Shown here piece after piece: positions 48,957-58,789 of a stretch of DNA of 64,000 nucleotides (the stretch's first letter is position 1; each line of letters begins with the position of its first letter). Below the pieces are notes generated by a model. It ran no database searches. It saw only the letters and a program-made list of their open reading frames with translations, and had not been told where the DNA came from. The translations under genes and the position numbers were made by a program. Origin of the DNA: Spirochaetia bacterium (GTDB lineage: Bacteria; Spirochaetota; Spirochaetia; Treponematales; Treponemataceae); assembly GCA_900769975.1 (NCBI GenBank), contig CAAGIR010000142.1, positions 3,869 through 67,868 of the forward strand, written 5' to 3'.

Positions 48957-50732
48957 TTGCGGAGGTTAATTTTGGAACATAATATGATTTTATCAGCGTC
49001 AGGATGGAGAAAAGTTTTTGCAGTTTCTCAAAATGAACAGGATAAATCACCACAAATCAGCGAAAATGATGTAAAAATCGCTGTTACCGCAGCAAATGTT
49101 TTTTTTGATTATTTATGTGAACAGACTGGTCAGCAAATGCCTGTCATAGCGCTAGGTATAGATGCCCGCCCCACAGGTCCAGCAATTGCTGATGCGATGA
49201 TTCATGCTCTTGTAAAAAAAGGTGCAGTCATTCAATATTCTGCCGTTACTTCTGCCCCAGAAATTATGGCTTATGCAAGAAAACTCGATGGATTTATTTA
49301 TATTTCGGCAAGTCACAATCCTGTCGGACATAATGGTATAAAATTTGGACTTAATGACGGCGGTGTTTTAAATGCACAGGAAAATGCAAAACTTGTTAAA
49401 AAATTCACAAACTGTCTTAATAATGAAGATAAACTTAACGCAGATTTTACTGCCGCCTACAGCGTTCCATCTTCTGAAATCAAAAAAGTTTATGATGTAA
49501 GTGAAAGTTCAAAACATAATTCACTTTATGCCTACAAAAATTTCTTAAATGAAACAATTACTGCCGAAAATGACAAAAATTTACAGAATAATTTTTTCAC
49601 AATGCTTGACAATGCCATTACAGAACGAAAAATCGGTGTAGTTTGCGATTTTAACGGAAGTTCCAGAAAATGTTGTGTGGATAAAGAGTATTTTAATGAA
49701 CACAAAATTAATTTTTATTCTATAAATGAAAAAGAAATAGTACACGAAATTATACCAGAAGCAGAAAATCTTGTTTTTGTTGCTGCAGAAATGGAACGTC
49801 TTCAAAAAGAAGGTCACAAGGAAGTTGTTTTAGGATATATGCCAGATTGTGACGGTGACAGAGGTAACATAGTTTATTGGAATGAAAAAACGCAAAAAGC
49901 AGAAATTCTTAAAGCACAGCAGGTTTTCAGTCTTTCCGTACTTGCTGAACTTACTTATTCTATCTGGCAAAATCGTAACAAAGATGTCAAACATGCCGTT
50001 GCCGTTAATTGTCCTACATCTATGCGCATAGAAAAAATTGCTTCGTATCTTGGGGCAAAAGTTTTTCGTGCAGAAGTTGGCGAAGCAAATGTAGTTAATC
50101 TTGCAAGAGAAAAAAGAGCAGAAGGATATAATGTCCGCATTTTAGGCGAAGGTTCCAACGGAGGAACAATAACATACCCTTCTGCCGTTCGTGACCCAAT
50201 TAATACTATTTTTGCCATAATAAAATTACTTTGCATGCGTGATAAAGGACTTTTTGAATTGTGGTGCAAAAAATGCAATATTCCTTATAATCCTGATTTT
50301 ACGCTTAGTGATGTTCTGGATACAATTCCAAAATATACAACAACAGGAGTTTCTGAACCACGTGCCATTTTACATGTCAAATCTTCAAATCACGCCGAAT
50401 TAAAAAAACATTTTCAATCAGTTTTTGAATCTCAATGGAAAAATAAATCCAACGAGTTACAACAAAAATTCGGCATTTATGACTGGGAATGTGTAATTAC
50501 AAACGGAACAAAAGAAACTAGAAATGTAACAAATTTTTCACTGTCAGGTAAAGGCGGTCTTAAAATTATTTTTAAAAATCAAGACAAACAAGACATTGCT
50601 TTTATCTGGATGAGGGGAAGCGGCACAGAACCTGTTTTTAGAATCATGTGCGATGTAGAAGGTGACAATCCGCAAATGGAAAAAGAATTGCTCGAATGGG
50701 AAACACAAATGATTCAACAATCAGATTTTTAA
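48957..50732 (+). CDS. Phosphoglucomutase/phosphomannomutase family protein (alpha-D-phosphohexomutase)
   Basis: Catalytic phosphoserine loop ISASHNPVGHNGIKF. 591 aa. Confidence 0.75.
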   Translation: MRRLILEHNMILSASGWRKVFAVSQNEQDKSPQISENDVKIAVTAANVFFDYLCEQTGQQMPVIALGIDARPTGPAIADAMIHALVKKGAVIQYSAVTSAPEIMAYARKLDGFIYISASHNPVGHNGIKFGLNDGGVLNAQENAKLVKKFTNCLNNEDKLNADFTAAYSVPSSEIKKVYDVSESSKHNSLYAYKNFLNETITAENDKNLQNNFFTMLDNAITERKIGVVCDFNGSSRKCCVDKEYFNEHKINFYSINEKEIVHEIIPEAENLVFVAAEMERLQKEGHKEVVLGYMPDCDGDRGNIVYWNEKTQKAEILKAQQVFSLSVLAELTYSIWQNRNKDVKHAVAVNCPTSMRIEKIASYLGAKVFRAEVGEANVVNLAREKRAEGYNVRILGEGSNGGTITYPSAVRDPINTIFAIIKLLCMRDKGLFELWCKKCNIPYNPDFTLSDVLDTIPKYTTTGVSEPRAILHVKSSNHAELKKHFQSVFESQWKNKSNELQQKFGIYDWECVITNGTKETRNVTNFSLSGKGGLKIIFKNQDKQDIAFIWMRGSGTEPVFRIMCDVEGDNPQMEKELLEWETQMIQQSDF

Positions 50733-50826
50733 AGTAATCATTTTACAGTAAATATTTTTCAATAAAACAGTTTAAATTTATGCCTTTTTGGTGTATAAAT
50801 TATATATAATTCATTGGAGGAAATAA

Positions 50827-52572
50827 ATGGATAAAGCTGAAATTTTGAAACGTGCAAAGGAATATATTGCAGAAGAAAAAGACGAACGTTTTAGCAAAGA
50901 AATTGAAGAATTAATTGCTAAAGATGATTATAAAGAACTTGAAGACAGATTCTATCAGACACTTGAATTTGGAACAGGTGGTCTTCGTGGAATTATGGGC
51001 GGCGGTACAAATCGCATGAACACCCTTGAAATTAATAAAGCAACACAGGGACTTGCAAACTATGTTTTAAAAGCATTCCCAGAAAAAGCAAAAGACGGAA
51101 CACTCAGTGCTGTAGTTGCTTACGACAGCCGTTTGAATTCTGATGTTTTTGCAGAAGCTACAGCATTAATTTTTGCCGCAAACGGAATCAAAGCATATCT
51201 TTTTTCAGGATTACGCCCTACTCCAGAACTTTCTTTTGCAATCAGAAAACTTGGTGCACAGACAGGTGTTGTAGTTACTGCATCTCATAACCCAAGAATG
51301 TACAATGGTTATAAAGCATATTGGGATGACGGTGCTCAGGTTATTGAACCACATGACAAAGGAATAATTGACGAAGTAAACAAAGTTACAAGTGTTAAAA
51401 CAATGACAAGGACAGAAGCAATTAATTCTGGAAAACTTGTTTTGATTGATAAAGAAATTGATGAACCTTTCTGGGCAATGTGTAAAGAGCAGCTTTTCAG
51501 ACCAGAATTGATTAAAGAAAAAGCAAAAGATGTACGTATTGTTTACACACCGTTACATGGTACAGGTGCAATGCATGTTGAAAAAGTTCTCGGTGATTTA
51601 GGACTTAATGTTATTACAGTTCCACAACAGCGAGAACCAGACGGAAATTTCCCAACTGTAGAAAAACCTAATCCAGAAGAAAAACCAGCCCTTACAATGG
51701 CAGTTGAACTTGCAAAAAAAGAAAATGCAGACGGTGTTATGGCAACAGACCCAGATTCAGACCGTTTTGGAACTGCTTTCCCAGACAAAGATGGAAACTG
51801 GGTTCTTTTAAGCGGAAATCAGATGGGTGCACTTCTCATGGATTACATTCTTCTTTCACGAAAAGAATTCAACAAAATGCCTCAAAATCCTGCTTGTATC
51901 CGTTCGATTGTTACTTCACCATTTGGAGATTATATCTGTAAAAAATATGGCGTAACTATGATGGATTGTCTTACTGGTTTTAAATGGATTGCAGCAGTAG
52001 AAGCCGATTTTGAAAAAAAGGGAACTTACAATTACGTTTTCGGACTTGAAGAAAGTTATGGTTATAAAGTTGAAACATCAGTAATGGATAAAGATGGTGT
52101 TTCTGCCGCTGCGATGTGTGCAGAAATGATTCTTTACTGGCGTTCACAGGGAAAAAGCCTTCTTGAACATCTTGATGAACTTTATAAAGAATTCGGATAT
52201 TTCGAAGATCGTGCAATTTCTCAAAATTTCCCAGGCATGTCTGGTGTAGAAACAATGAAAAACATGATGTCAAATATGCGTGCAAATCCTCCTTTAACCT
52301 TAGGCGGAGAAAAAGTTCTAAAAGTTCGCGATTTGATGTGTGATGACAAACTTCCAAAAAGCAATGTTCTGCAATTCTATCTTGAAAGCGGAACAATTGT
52401 AAGTGCAAGACCTTCAGGAACAGAACCAAAAATTAAATTTTACATTAATTCTATGGTTCCAGCAGGAAACGGCACAGATGCATGGCTTTCAGAAGCAAAA
52501 GTTCAGGCAGGAAAACTTTGTGACGGTATTTCTTCTGACATTCAGAAAATAATTGATGCGTCATCAAAATAA
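50827..52572 (+). CDS. pgcA: Phosphoglucomutase (PgcA-like alpha-D-phosphohexomutase)
   Basis: TASHNPRMYNGYK active-site loop and metal-binding DPDSDR. 581 aa, as in Firmicute PgcA. A GGAGG ribosome-binding site precedes the ATG. Confidence 0.85.
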   Translation: MDKAEILKRAKEYIAEEKDERFSKEIEELIAKDDYKELEDRFYQTLEFGTGGLRGIMGGGTNRMNTLEINKATQGLANYVLKAFPEKAKDGTLSAVVAYDSRLNSDVFAEATALIFAANGIKAYLFSGLRPTPELSFAIRKLGAQTGVVVTASHNPRMYNGYKAYWDDGAQVIEPHDKGIIDEVNKVTSVKTMTRTEAINSGKLVLIDKEIDEPFWAMCKEQLFRPELIKEKAKDVRIVYTPLHGTGAMHVEKVLGDLGLNVITVPQQREPDGNFPTVEKPNPEEKPALTMAVELAKKENADGVMATDPDSDRFGTAFPDKDGNWVLLSGNQMGALLMDYILLSRKEFNKMPQNPACIRSIVTSPFGDYICKKYGVTMMDCLTGFKWIAAVEADFEKKGTYNYVFGLEESYGYKVETSVMDKDGVSAAAMCAEMILYWRSQGKSLLEHLDELYKEFGYFEDRAISQNFPGMSGVETMKNMMSNMRANPPLTLGGEKVLKVRDLMCDDKLPKSNVLQFYLESGTIVSARPSGTEPKIKFYINSMVPAGNGTDAWLSEAKVQAGKLCDGISSDIQKIIDASSK

Positions 52573-53137
52573 AAATATTTCTGATTATAAAAGACTGCGC
52601 CATCTTTTTAACAGTGGTGCAGTCTTTACTGCTTTTGACACCGAAACAACTTCTTTAACTCCGAATACTGGAAGAATTATAGAAATTGGTGCGATAAAAT
52701 TTACAAAAGACAAGGTTATAGGAAGTTGGTGCGGAATTTTTAATCCAAATCAAAAGTTGTCACCGTTTATAACAAATCTTACTCATATAACTCAGCAGAT
52801 GTTAAATTTTTCTGATTCCATAGATGTGCATCTTCCAGACTTTCTTTCATTTATTAAAGATACAGTTTTAATAGCACATAATGCACAGTTTGATATTAAT
52901 TTTTTAAAAGCTGAATGTGAAAAATCAAATCTTCCTGTAATAAAAAATCAAGTTGCCGATACACTTAAACTTTCCAGAATTATTTTTCCAGATTTTGCAC
53001 GTTACCGATTGGATTTTCTTGCCGATATGTTTTCTATCGACAAAGGTTCATCTCATCGTGCGTATGATGATGCAAAAGTCTGTATGCAATTATTTAAAAT
53101 CTGCATGGATAAAGAAAAATATCTTAAAACAAATTAA
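52553..53137 (+). CDS. DnaQ-like DEDDh 3'-5' exonuclease
   Basis: Exo I FDTETT, Exo II LIAHNAQFD, Exo III HRAYDDA. Confidence 0.75.
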   Translation: MMRHQNKNISDYKRLRHLFNSGAVFTAFDTETTSLTPNTGRIIEIGAIKFTKDKVIGSWCGIFNPNQKLSPFITNLTHITQQMLNFSDSIDVHLPDFLSFIKDTVLIAHNAQFDINFLKAECEKSNLPVIKNQVADTLKLSRIIFPDFARYRLDFLADMFSIDKGSSHRAYDDAKVCMQLFKICMDKEKYLKTN

Positions 53138-54063
53138 CTTCGAGGTGCTTTTGCCGGATCAACCGGCTGTCCATTTTGGAATACCATAAAAGTCATCTGA
53201 GGTCTTCCGCTCATTGCATCTATTCCTACAGTACCCAGAACACTTCCAGAAACAGGATATTCACCTTTTTTAACCTTTACGGAACTTAATCCTGTATAAG
53301 CATAAATAAGTCCTGTTTTTGTCTGAACAAATACCACTTGTCCAAATCCTCTGTAAACTCCGACATACATTACAGTACCTTCATGAATACAAACAACATC
53401 TTCATTTTCTTTTGCAGATAACTGAACGCCTGAAATCTTTCCTTTTACCTGTGTTATTTTCGGATTATTAACAGGCCATTTTACAGATGGATCAGCGGCA
53501 ACAGTATTACCATAAGTTCTTGAATCAGAAACTTTTTCCAACTGGCTTGGTGCTGTCTCTTTCAAAACCTGCTGTTTATCCTCGGTAGAAGTTTTTTGCG
53601 CTAGATTCTGAACATTATTATCAATTTTTATAGAATTATCATAAACTTTTAATTTTTGACCAACTTTTATTACCTGAGATGAATCCAGATCATTAATCGC
53701 AATTACATCTGCCACCGTCATATTGTTCTTTTTTGCAATACCATATAGGGTATCTCCCTTTTGAACCACATATTCCATTGTTTTTTTTGTGTTGGTAGTT
53801 TCAATTTTTTTTTGTGAAGATAAAGCGACCGCTGTCCCAATGTCAGCTTCTGGAATAATCAGTTTTTGACCTGCTTTTAATATGTCATTTTCAGAAAGAT
53901 TATTGGCTGCCCGCAATTCAGCAACAGTAATTTGATATTTTCTGCTGATTGAATATAAGGTGTCTCCTTTTTCAACTTTATAAGAAGTTTCAGCAAAGAG
54001 AAATCCACAAAAAACGAAACATAAAATAATCAATAATGAACACTTTGTTGTATACTTTTCCAT
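53134..54063 (-). CDS. Secreted LysM-domain protein (2 LysM) with a C-terminal degenerate M23/LytM domain (NlpD/EnvC-like)
   Basis: Signal peptide; two LysM repeats (YKVEKGDTLYSISRKY..., YVVQKGDTLYGIAKKN...). The C-terminal M23 fold lacks the catalytic His residues (QTKTGL in place of HGNGY; QMTFMVF in place of HLHFEV). Confidence 0.7.
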   Translation of the reverse strand: MEKYTTKCSLLIILCFVFCGFLFAETSYKVEKGDTLYSISRKYQITVAELRAANNLSENDILKAGQKLIIPEADIGTAVALSSQKKIETTNTKKTMEYVVQKGDTLYGIAKKNNMTVADVIAINDLDSSQVIKVGQKLKVYDNSIKIDNNVQNLAQKTSTEDKQQVLKETAPSQLEKVSDSRTYGNTVAADPSVKWPVNNPKITQVKGKISGVQLSAKENEDVVCIHEGTVMYVGVYRGFGQVVFVQTKTGLIYAYTGLSSVKVKKGEYPVSGSVLGTVGIDAMSGRPQMTFMVFQNGQPVDPAKAPRS

Positions 54064-54097
54064 ATATTGATTATCGGCATATTTTAGAATTTATTTA

Positions 54098-55318
54098 TTA
54101 GAAAATTACTTTCTTGTAAAAATCATTAACATTTATTCCATTTATAATTTCATTTTCTTTGTAATGATTAAGAGTCGATTCGATGCCTGTTTTCAAATGA
54201 TCAGATGTAATTCCATGTTTTATAGAAATGTCTGCTTCCATAAGTGCCGAAAAATGATCACAAATCCTTACAAGCCTTCCGTCAATCGGGTTATATTTTC
54301 CTTTATTATATTTCGAATTTAATTCTTCCCAAGTGACGATTTGAATTTGTCCGTTTTCATCCAGAATTCTGTTAGAAAATTCATCACTTGTATAATAAAT
54401 CACTTGATCTACAAAAAAATCTTCCATAAGTGGAACAAGTTCTTTACTTACAATTTCATTTTCAATTTTTTTAACAATATTCGGTAAATCATCAGTTGCC
54501 TGTTTTACAGGAGAAATAATATCACGTGTCACCGATTCAGGTAGATCATGAAAAAGTGCACTAAAAAAATTATTTACAACACGTTCTTTACACATATTTG
54601 GATTTGATTCACGTCCCAAAAGAAGAGTCATAACTGCTACATAAAAGCAATGTCCCAAAACAGAAGTTGCAGGCACCCTCGGTGTTTGATTCCACCTTGT
54701 CTGAAACCTCAATTGCTCAATTTTTAAAAGGAAATTAAACGCTTTTTGGTGTGTCATCAGTTTCTGTAAACCTTCAAATTCCAGATACGGCTGGATTTCT
54801 TCTTCAAGTTCTGTTCTTATACTTGAAAGGCGTTCTTTTTCATTTACCACAGAAAGCATTTCCAGTTCTCGAATAGTTGCAAATTTATGTGCTGCATTGT
54901 AAACACGAATGGTTTTATTTAATGATTCACCGTTTTTCTGTTTTTCTGATTTTTGATAAACATATTCAGAAAATTCTTTTAAAAGCTGTTTATCTGTAAT
55001 TAATTCAGAATATTGATTTAAAACCCATTCATTTAAGCGGCGATATTCATCTGGAAATTCTCTTTTTAACATTTGCTGTACAGGCGCTTTAATATCACAC
55101 AAGGCAATTTTTCGCAATAAATCAAAAAAAGATGCATAAATCATCCAATACCAGTCAATTTTTGAACCTTTATTTTCTTCAAATTTCCCGATAATGTATG
55201 CCAAAACCATTTTTTCACCAGCTTTATCCATTTCCACCAGTTCAAAAGGACGAATTAAATCGTTCCATCGTTGAATGGAAAAGCCTTCAAATATTTTAAA
55301 AACGAGATTTTTTTCCAT
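54098..55318 (-). CDS. Two-domain protein with a C-terminal YfbR-like HD phosphohydrolase domain
   Basis: RWNQTPRVPATSVLGHCFYVA...FFSALFHDLPESVTRDIISPVK resembles YfbR 5'-deoxynucleotidase (RW...EHS...HD..E..GD.PTP.K). The 200-aa N-terminal domain is of unknown function. Confidence 0.5.
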   Translation of the reverse strand: MEKNLVFKIFEGFSIQRWNDLIRPFELVEMDKAGEKMVLAYIIGKFEENKGSKIDWYWMIYASFFDLLRKIALCDIKAPVQQMLKREFPDEYRRLNEWVLNQYSELITDKQLLKEFSEYVYQKSEKQKNGESLNKTIRVYNAAHKFATIRELEMLSVVNEKERLSSIRTELEEEIQPYLEFEGLQKLMTHQKAFNFLLKIEQLRFQTRWNQTPRVPATSVLGHCFYVAVMTLLLGRESNPNMCKERVVNNFFSALFHDLPESVTRDIISPVKQATDDLPNIVKKIENEIVSKELVPLMEDFFVDQVIYYTSDEFSNRILDENGQIQIVTWEELNSKYNKGKYNPIDGRLVRICDHFSALMEADISIKHGITSDHLKTGIESTLNHYKENEIINGINVNDFYKKVIF

Positions 55319-55350
55319 TTTTCTGACATCACCCTACTTTTACAAAAATT

Positions 55351-56154
55351 TTAATTACTTAACCCGTTTTTATGATCAGAATCCATTTTATCTTTCCAGA
55401 CAAGAGCCTTTCTTTTAACTTCATCAGCCTGATCTGTTTTTCCTATCGCAATATAATATTTTCTTAGAGCAAGCAGATATTTTATGGCATTTCTCATATC
55501 ATCAATACGTCTTGAAGAAGTTTCATATTTATTTCTGTAAGCAGTTGCAGAATTGTTCAGCAATTTTTCTACCATCATCATATAATGGGCAGTAGTTTCA
55601 TAGTTTTCAGAAGAATGATCAAAATAATCTTTTACAGAACCGCTCATATCGATAAAGTTTTTTGCAACAGTTGCAAATCGTCCTTCCAACTCAACAAGAG
55701 AAAACTTCCATTTACTATTATCACCAAAAGCTTCTTTTAACATTGCAATGGAAAGACCAAGTTTTTTCATCAGATTATGTCTTCTCAATATTGAAAGATT
55801 TTTTATTTTTTCAAGATTTTCTGCCAATTCTGAATATTGAATGTCAATCGTATCAGTTACAATTTCTTCCAGATAAATAATTGCTTTATATAAAACTTTT
55901 CTTGTTTCATTTAATGCATCTTGATTTTTTACAAGTAGAACTTTCACAGACAAACTGTTTTGTGCCATATACAAAGATGATACATAAATCATATCTTCAC
56001 ACAACTGAAGTTTCTTGTTTTCCAAATCAATATCACCTTTATGCATTCCATTCAACATTGTTTTTTCTTTTGCAAGCAGAGCAGTAATTTTTTCTTTATA
56101 AGGAATTATGATTTCATTAAAGTGAAGGCGCATTTCTTCAGAAATTTTTGCCAT
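55351..56154 (-). CDS. Hypothetical all-alpha protein
   Basis: A 267-aa ORF with clean spacing to its neighbours. No recognisable motif. Confidence 0.35.
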   Translation of the reverse strand: MAKISEEMRLHFNEIIIPYKEKITALLAKEKTMLNGMHKGDIDLENKKLQLCEDMIYVSSLYMAQNSLSVKVLLVKNQDALNETRKVLYKAIIYLEEIVTDTIDIQYSELAENLEKIKNLSILRRHNLMKKLGLSIAMLKEAFGDNSKWKFSLVELEGRFATVAKNFIDMSGSVKDYFDHSSENYETTAHYMMMVEKLLNNSATAYRNKYETSSRRIDDMRNAIKYLLALRKYYIAIGKTDQADEVKRKALVWKDKMDSDHKNGLSN

Positions 56155-56187
56155 TTTTACCCCCGATTATCCTTCAAAATAATACTG

Positions 56188-57924
56188 TTATGAATTGCAA
56201 TACTTTGCTAAAAGTGTTCTGGCATGCTGTAATGACTGTTCTGTATCGGAATCACCAGACAACATTCTCGCTATTTCTGCAACTCTTTCTTCTCCTTCAA
56301 TTACATGAACATTTGAACTTGTAATTTCATCGGACACTGTTTTTTCAATTTTTATTTGATTATCGGCATAAACAGCAATACTTGCAAGATGTGTAATACA
56401 AAAAATCTGCCTGTTTTTAGCAAGATTTTTTAAATGCGAACCAACGGCAACAGCAACTTCTCCTCCAATTCCTGTATCAATTTCATCAAAAATTAGAGTA
56501 TCAACAAAATCTGTCTGTGCAAAAATAGTTTTTAAAGCAAGCATAACCCTGGAAAGTTCACCACCCGAAGCAATTTTTGCAAGCGGCAGTAAAGGATTTC
56601 CAGGATTTGCGCTTATCATAAATTCAATATCATCTTGACCGTAAGGCCCGCAGTTTTGCTGTAAGTTAGTTCCAGATTTTTGTTTGATGAAAACTTCAAA
56701 TTTTGTACCGTTCATTCCCAATTTTGACAAAATTTCGTTTACTTCTTTATTCAAAACCGACGCGGTTTCTTTTCTTTTTGTCGAAAGCATTTGTGCTTCA
56801 TGTAAAACTTCACGTTCCAAATTTTTGATTTCATTTTCCAGCTTATCTTTATAGTTATTTCCATCTCCATTTTCTTCTATAAAGGTTTGTGCTTTTTCAT
56901 AATATTCAAAAACTTCAGAAACAGGAGCATTTATAGACGAAGCATACTTTTTTTTCAAACTATAAATCAAAGAAAGCCTGTCTTCCACTTCCTGCAAACG
57001 ATTTTGATCAAAAACAAGCGAATTTTGATAATTCGAAAATTCATCTGCAATATCAGACATTTCATAAAACAAAGATTCAAGTCTATTTTCAAGTGGATTT
57101 ACCGATTTATCCAATTCAACTAGATGAGAACAATCCCTACGTACTCTTTTCAACAAAGAAATAACACAATTTTCATCGTCAGATATCACTTGATTAATTG
57201 ACACAATATCAGAATAAATCTTTTCATAAGACACAAGTCTTGACTGTTCTTCTTCCAATATTTCATCTTCATTCTGTTTTAATTTTGCTTCAGTAATTTC
57301 CTTCACTGCAAAAGTCATCATATCCAGGTTTCGCAATCTTTCACTGTCGGACATAGAATATTTTTCCAGTTCTTTGCGTTTACTCACAAGTTCCGAATAT
57401 TTTCTTGTAAAAGATTCTACTTCATTTAAAATTCCAGCCCTTGCATCCAGATATTTTCTATGTTCTGTTACTTTCATTAAAGACTGATGTTCATGCTGTC
57501 CATGTATATCAACAAGAAAAGCAGAAAACTGTGCCAGTTCATTTCTAGTTACAGGAGTTTCATTTATCCATGCAGCAGATTTTCCCGTATCTTTAATAAA
57601 CCTGCGTAACAATACTCTGTTATTCTCAATCTCTATATCATGAATTTTCAACCATTCACTTGCATTTACAGGTTCTTCCTCATCAAGAATATTATCCCTG
57701 ATATTTTGAGGCTCAATGTAAAAAGTACCGCTCACCGAAGCTTCTTTTTTACCAGTTCTTATCTGTGAAATCTCAGCTTTTCCACCAAGCAAAAAAGATA
57801 AAGCACCAATTAAAATAGATTTTCCAGCTCCAGTTTCACCAGATAAAACAGTAAAACCTTTTGAAAATTCCAGATAATCATAATCTATAAGAGCAAAATC
57901 TTTAATAGTTAAATCTTCAAGCAT
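56188..57924 (-). CDS. recN: DNA repair protein RecN
   Basis: Walker A GETGAGKS, a long coiled-coil, and the C-terminal signature and Walker B. Confidence 0.9.
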   Translation of the reverse strand: MLEDLTIKDFALIDYDYLEFSKGFTVLSGETGAGKSILIGALSFLLGGKAEISQIRTGKKEASVSGTFYIEPQNIRDNILDEEEPVNASEWLKIHDIEIENNRVLLRRFIKDTGKSAAWINETPVTRNELAQFSAFLVDIHGQHEHQSLMKVTEHRKYLDARAGILNEVESFTRKYSELVSKRKELEKYSMSDSERLRNLDMMTFAVKEITEAKLKQNEDEILEEEQSRLVSYEKIYSDIVSINQVISDDENCVISLLKRVRRDCSHLVELDKSVNPLENRLESLFYEMSDIADEFSNYQNSLVFDQNRLQEVEDRLSLIYSLKKKYASSINAPVSEVFEYYEKAQTFIEENGDGNNYKDKLENEIKNLEREVLHEAQMLSTKRKETASVLNKEVNEILSKLGMNGTKFEVFIKQKSGTNLQQNCGPYGQDDIEFMISANPGNPLLPLAKIASGGELSRVMLALKTIFAQTDFVDTLIFDEIDTGIGGEVAVAVGSHLKNLAKNRQIFCITHLASIAVYADNQIKIEKTVSDEITSSNVHVIEGEERVAEIARMLSGDSDTEQSLQHARTLLAKYCNS

Positions 57925-58759
57925 GAGGACCTCCAGACCAATTCAACTTTGACCGCAATGCATTATAAAACTTTTCGCTTGTAGCACAAATAAGTTTTAC
58001 TTTTTTTCCGTATTTTCTCACACAAATCACATCTTCTGATTGTAACGAAACAGCTTCCTGGCCGTCGACTGTTATACAAATTTCTTTTGCCCTGCTTTCT
58101 TCCACACTAATTGATAACTCACCTTTCGGACTCAAAACTATTGGTCTGCTAGACAAAGAAAAAGAATTTACGGGTGTCAAAACAAACGCACTCAGATTAG
58201 GATCAACAATAGGACCGCCTGCAGCAGCAGAATACGCTGTAGAACCAGTGGAAGTAGCAACAATCACCCCGTCGGATTTTAGTTTACATAATGGAACGTT
58301 ATTATATTTTACTGACAGAGAAATAGTAGAAGCACCTCTTTTTGCCGAAATTACAACATCATTCAACCCTAAAGACGAATAAACAAGTTCAGAATTTCTG
58401 AACACTTTTACATCCAGCATTGACCGTTCATCAATAAATGCATTCCCATCTAAAAACTTTTCAAGTTCACATTTCCATTCGCAAGGCTGAACAGATGCAA
58501 TAAAACCAAACTGTCCCAAATTAACAGGAAAAACAGGAATTTCATCTTCAACTGAATTTCTTGCCGCAAACAAAACTGTTCCATCGCCACCCAAAGTAAC
58601 TACAAAATCAACTGCACAAAAAGGAACATTTTTACAAAACCCATCAAAATTTAAAAACTCAGAATCAATTCCTTGATTTTCGAGAAAATTTTTAATTTCC
58701 TTTGCAAGTAACATAGATTCATCTTTGTTTACATTAATAACAATAAGAGCTTTTTTCAT
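57917..58759 (-). CDS. nadK: NAD+ kinase
   Basis: GGDGTVLFAARN motif. Overlaps the recN start, the classic nadK-recN arrangement. Confidence 0.85.
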   Translation of the reverse strand: MKKALIVINVNKDESMLLAKEIKNFLENQGIDSEFLNFDGFCKNVPFCAVDFVVTLGGDGTVLFAARNSVEDEIPVFPVNLGQFGFIASVQPCEWKCELEKFLDGNAFIDERSMLDVKVFRNSELVYSSLGLNDVVISAKRGASTISLSVKYNNVPLCKLKSDGVIVATSTGSTAYSAAAGGPIVDPNLSAFVLTPVNSFSLSSRPIVLSPKGELSISVEESRAKEICITVDGQEAVSLQSEDVICVRKYGKKVKLICATSEKFYNALRSKLNWSGGPHA

Positions 58760-58789
58760 CTGAACCTTATCTAGAAATTTTACTACCTC

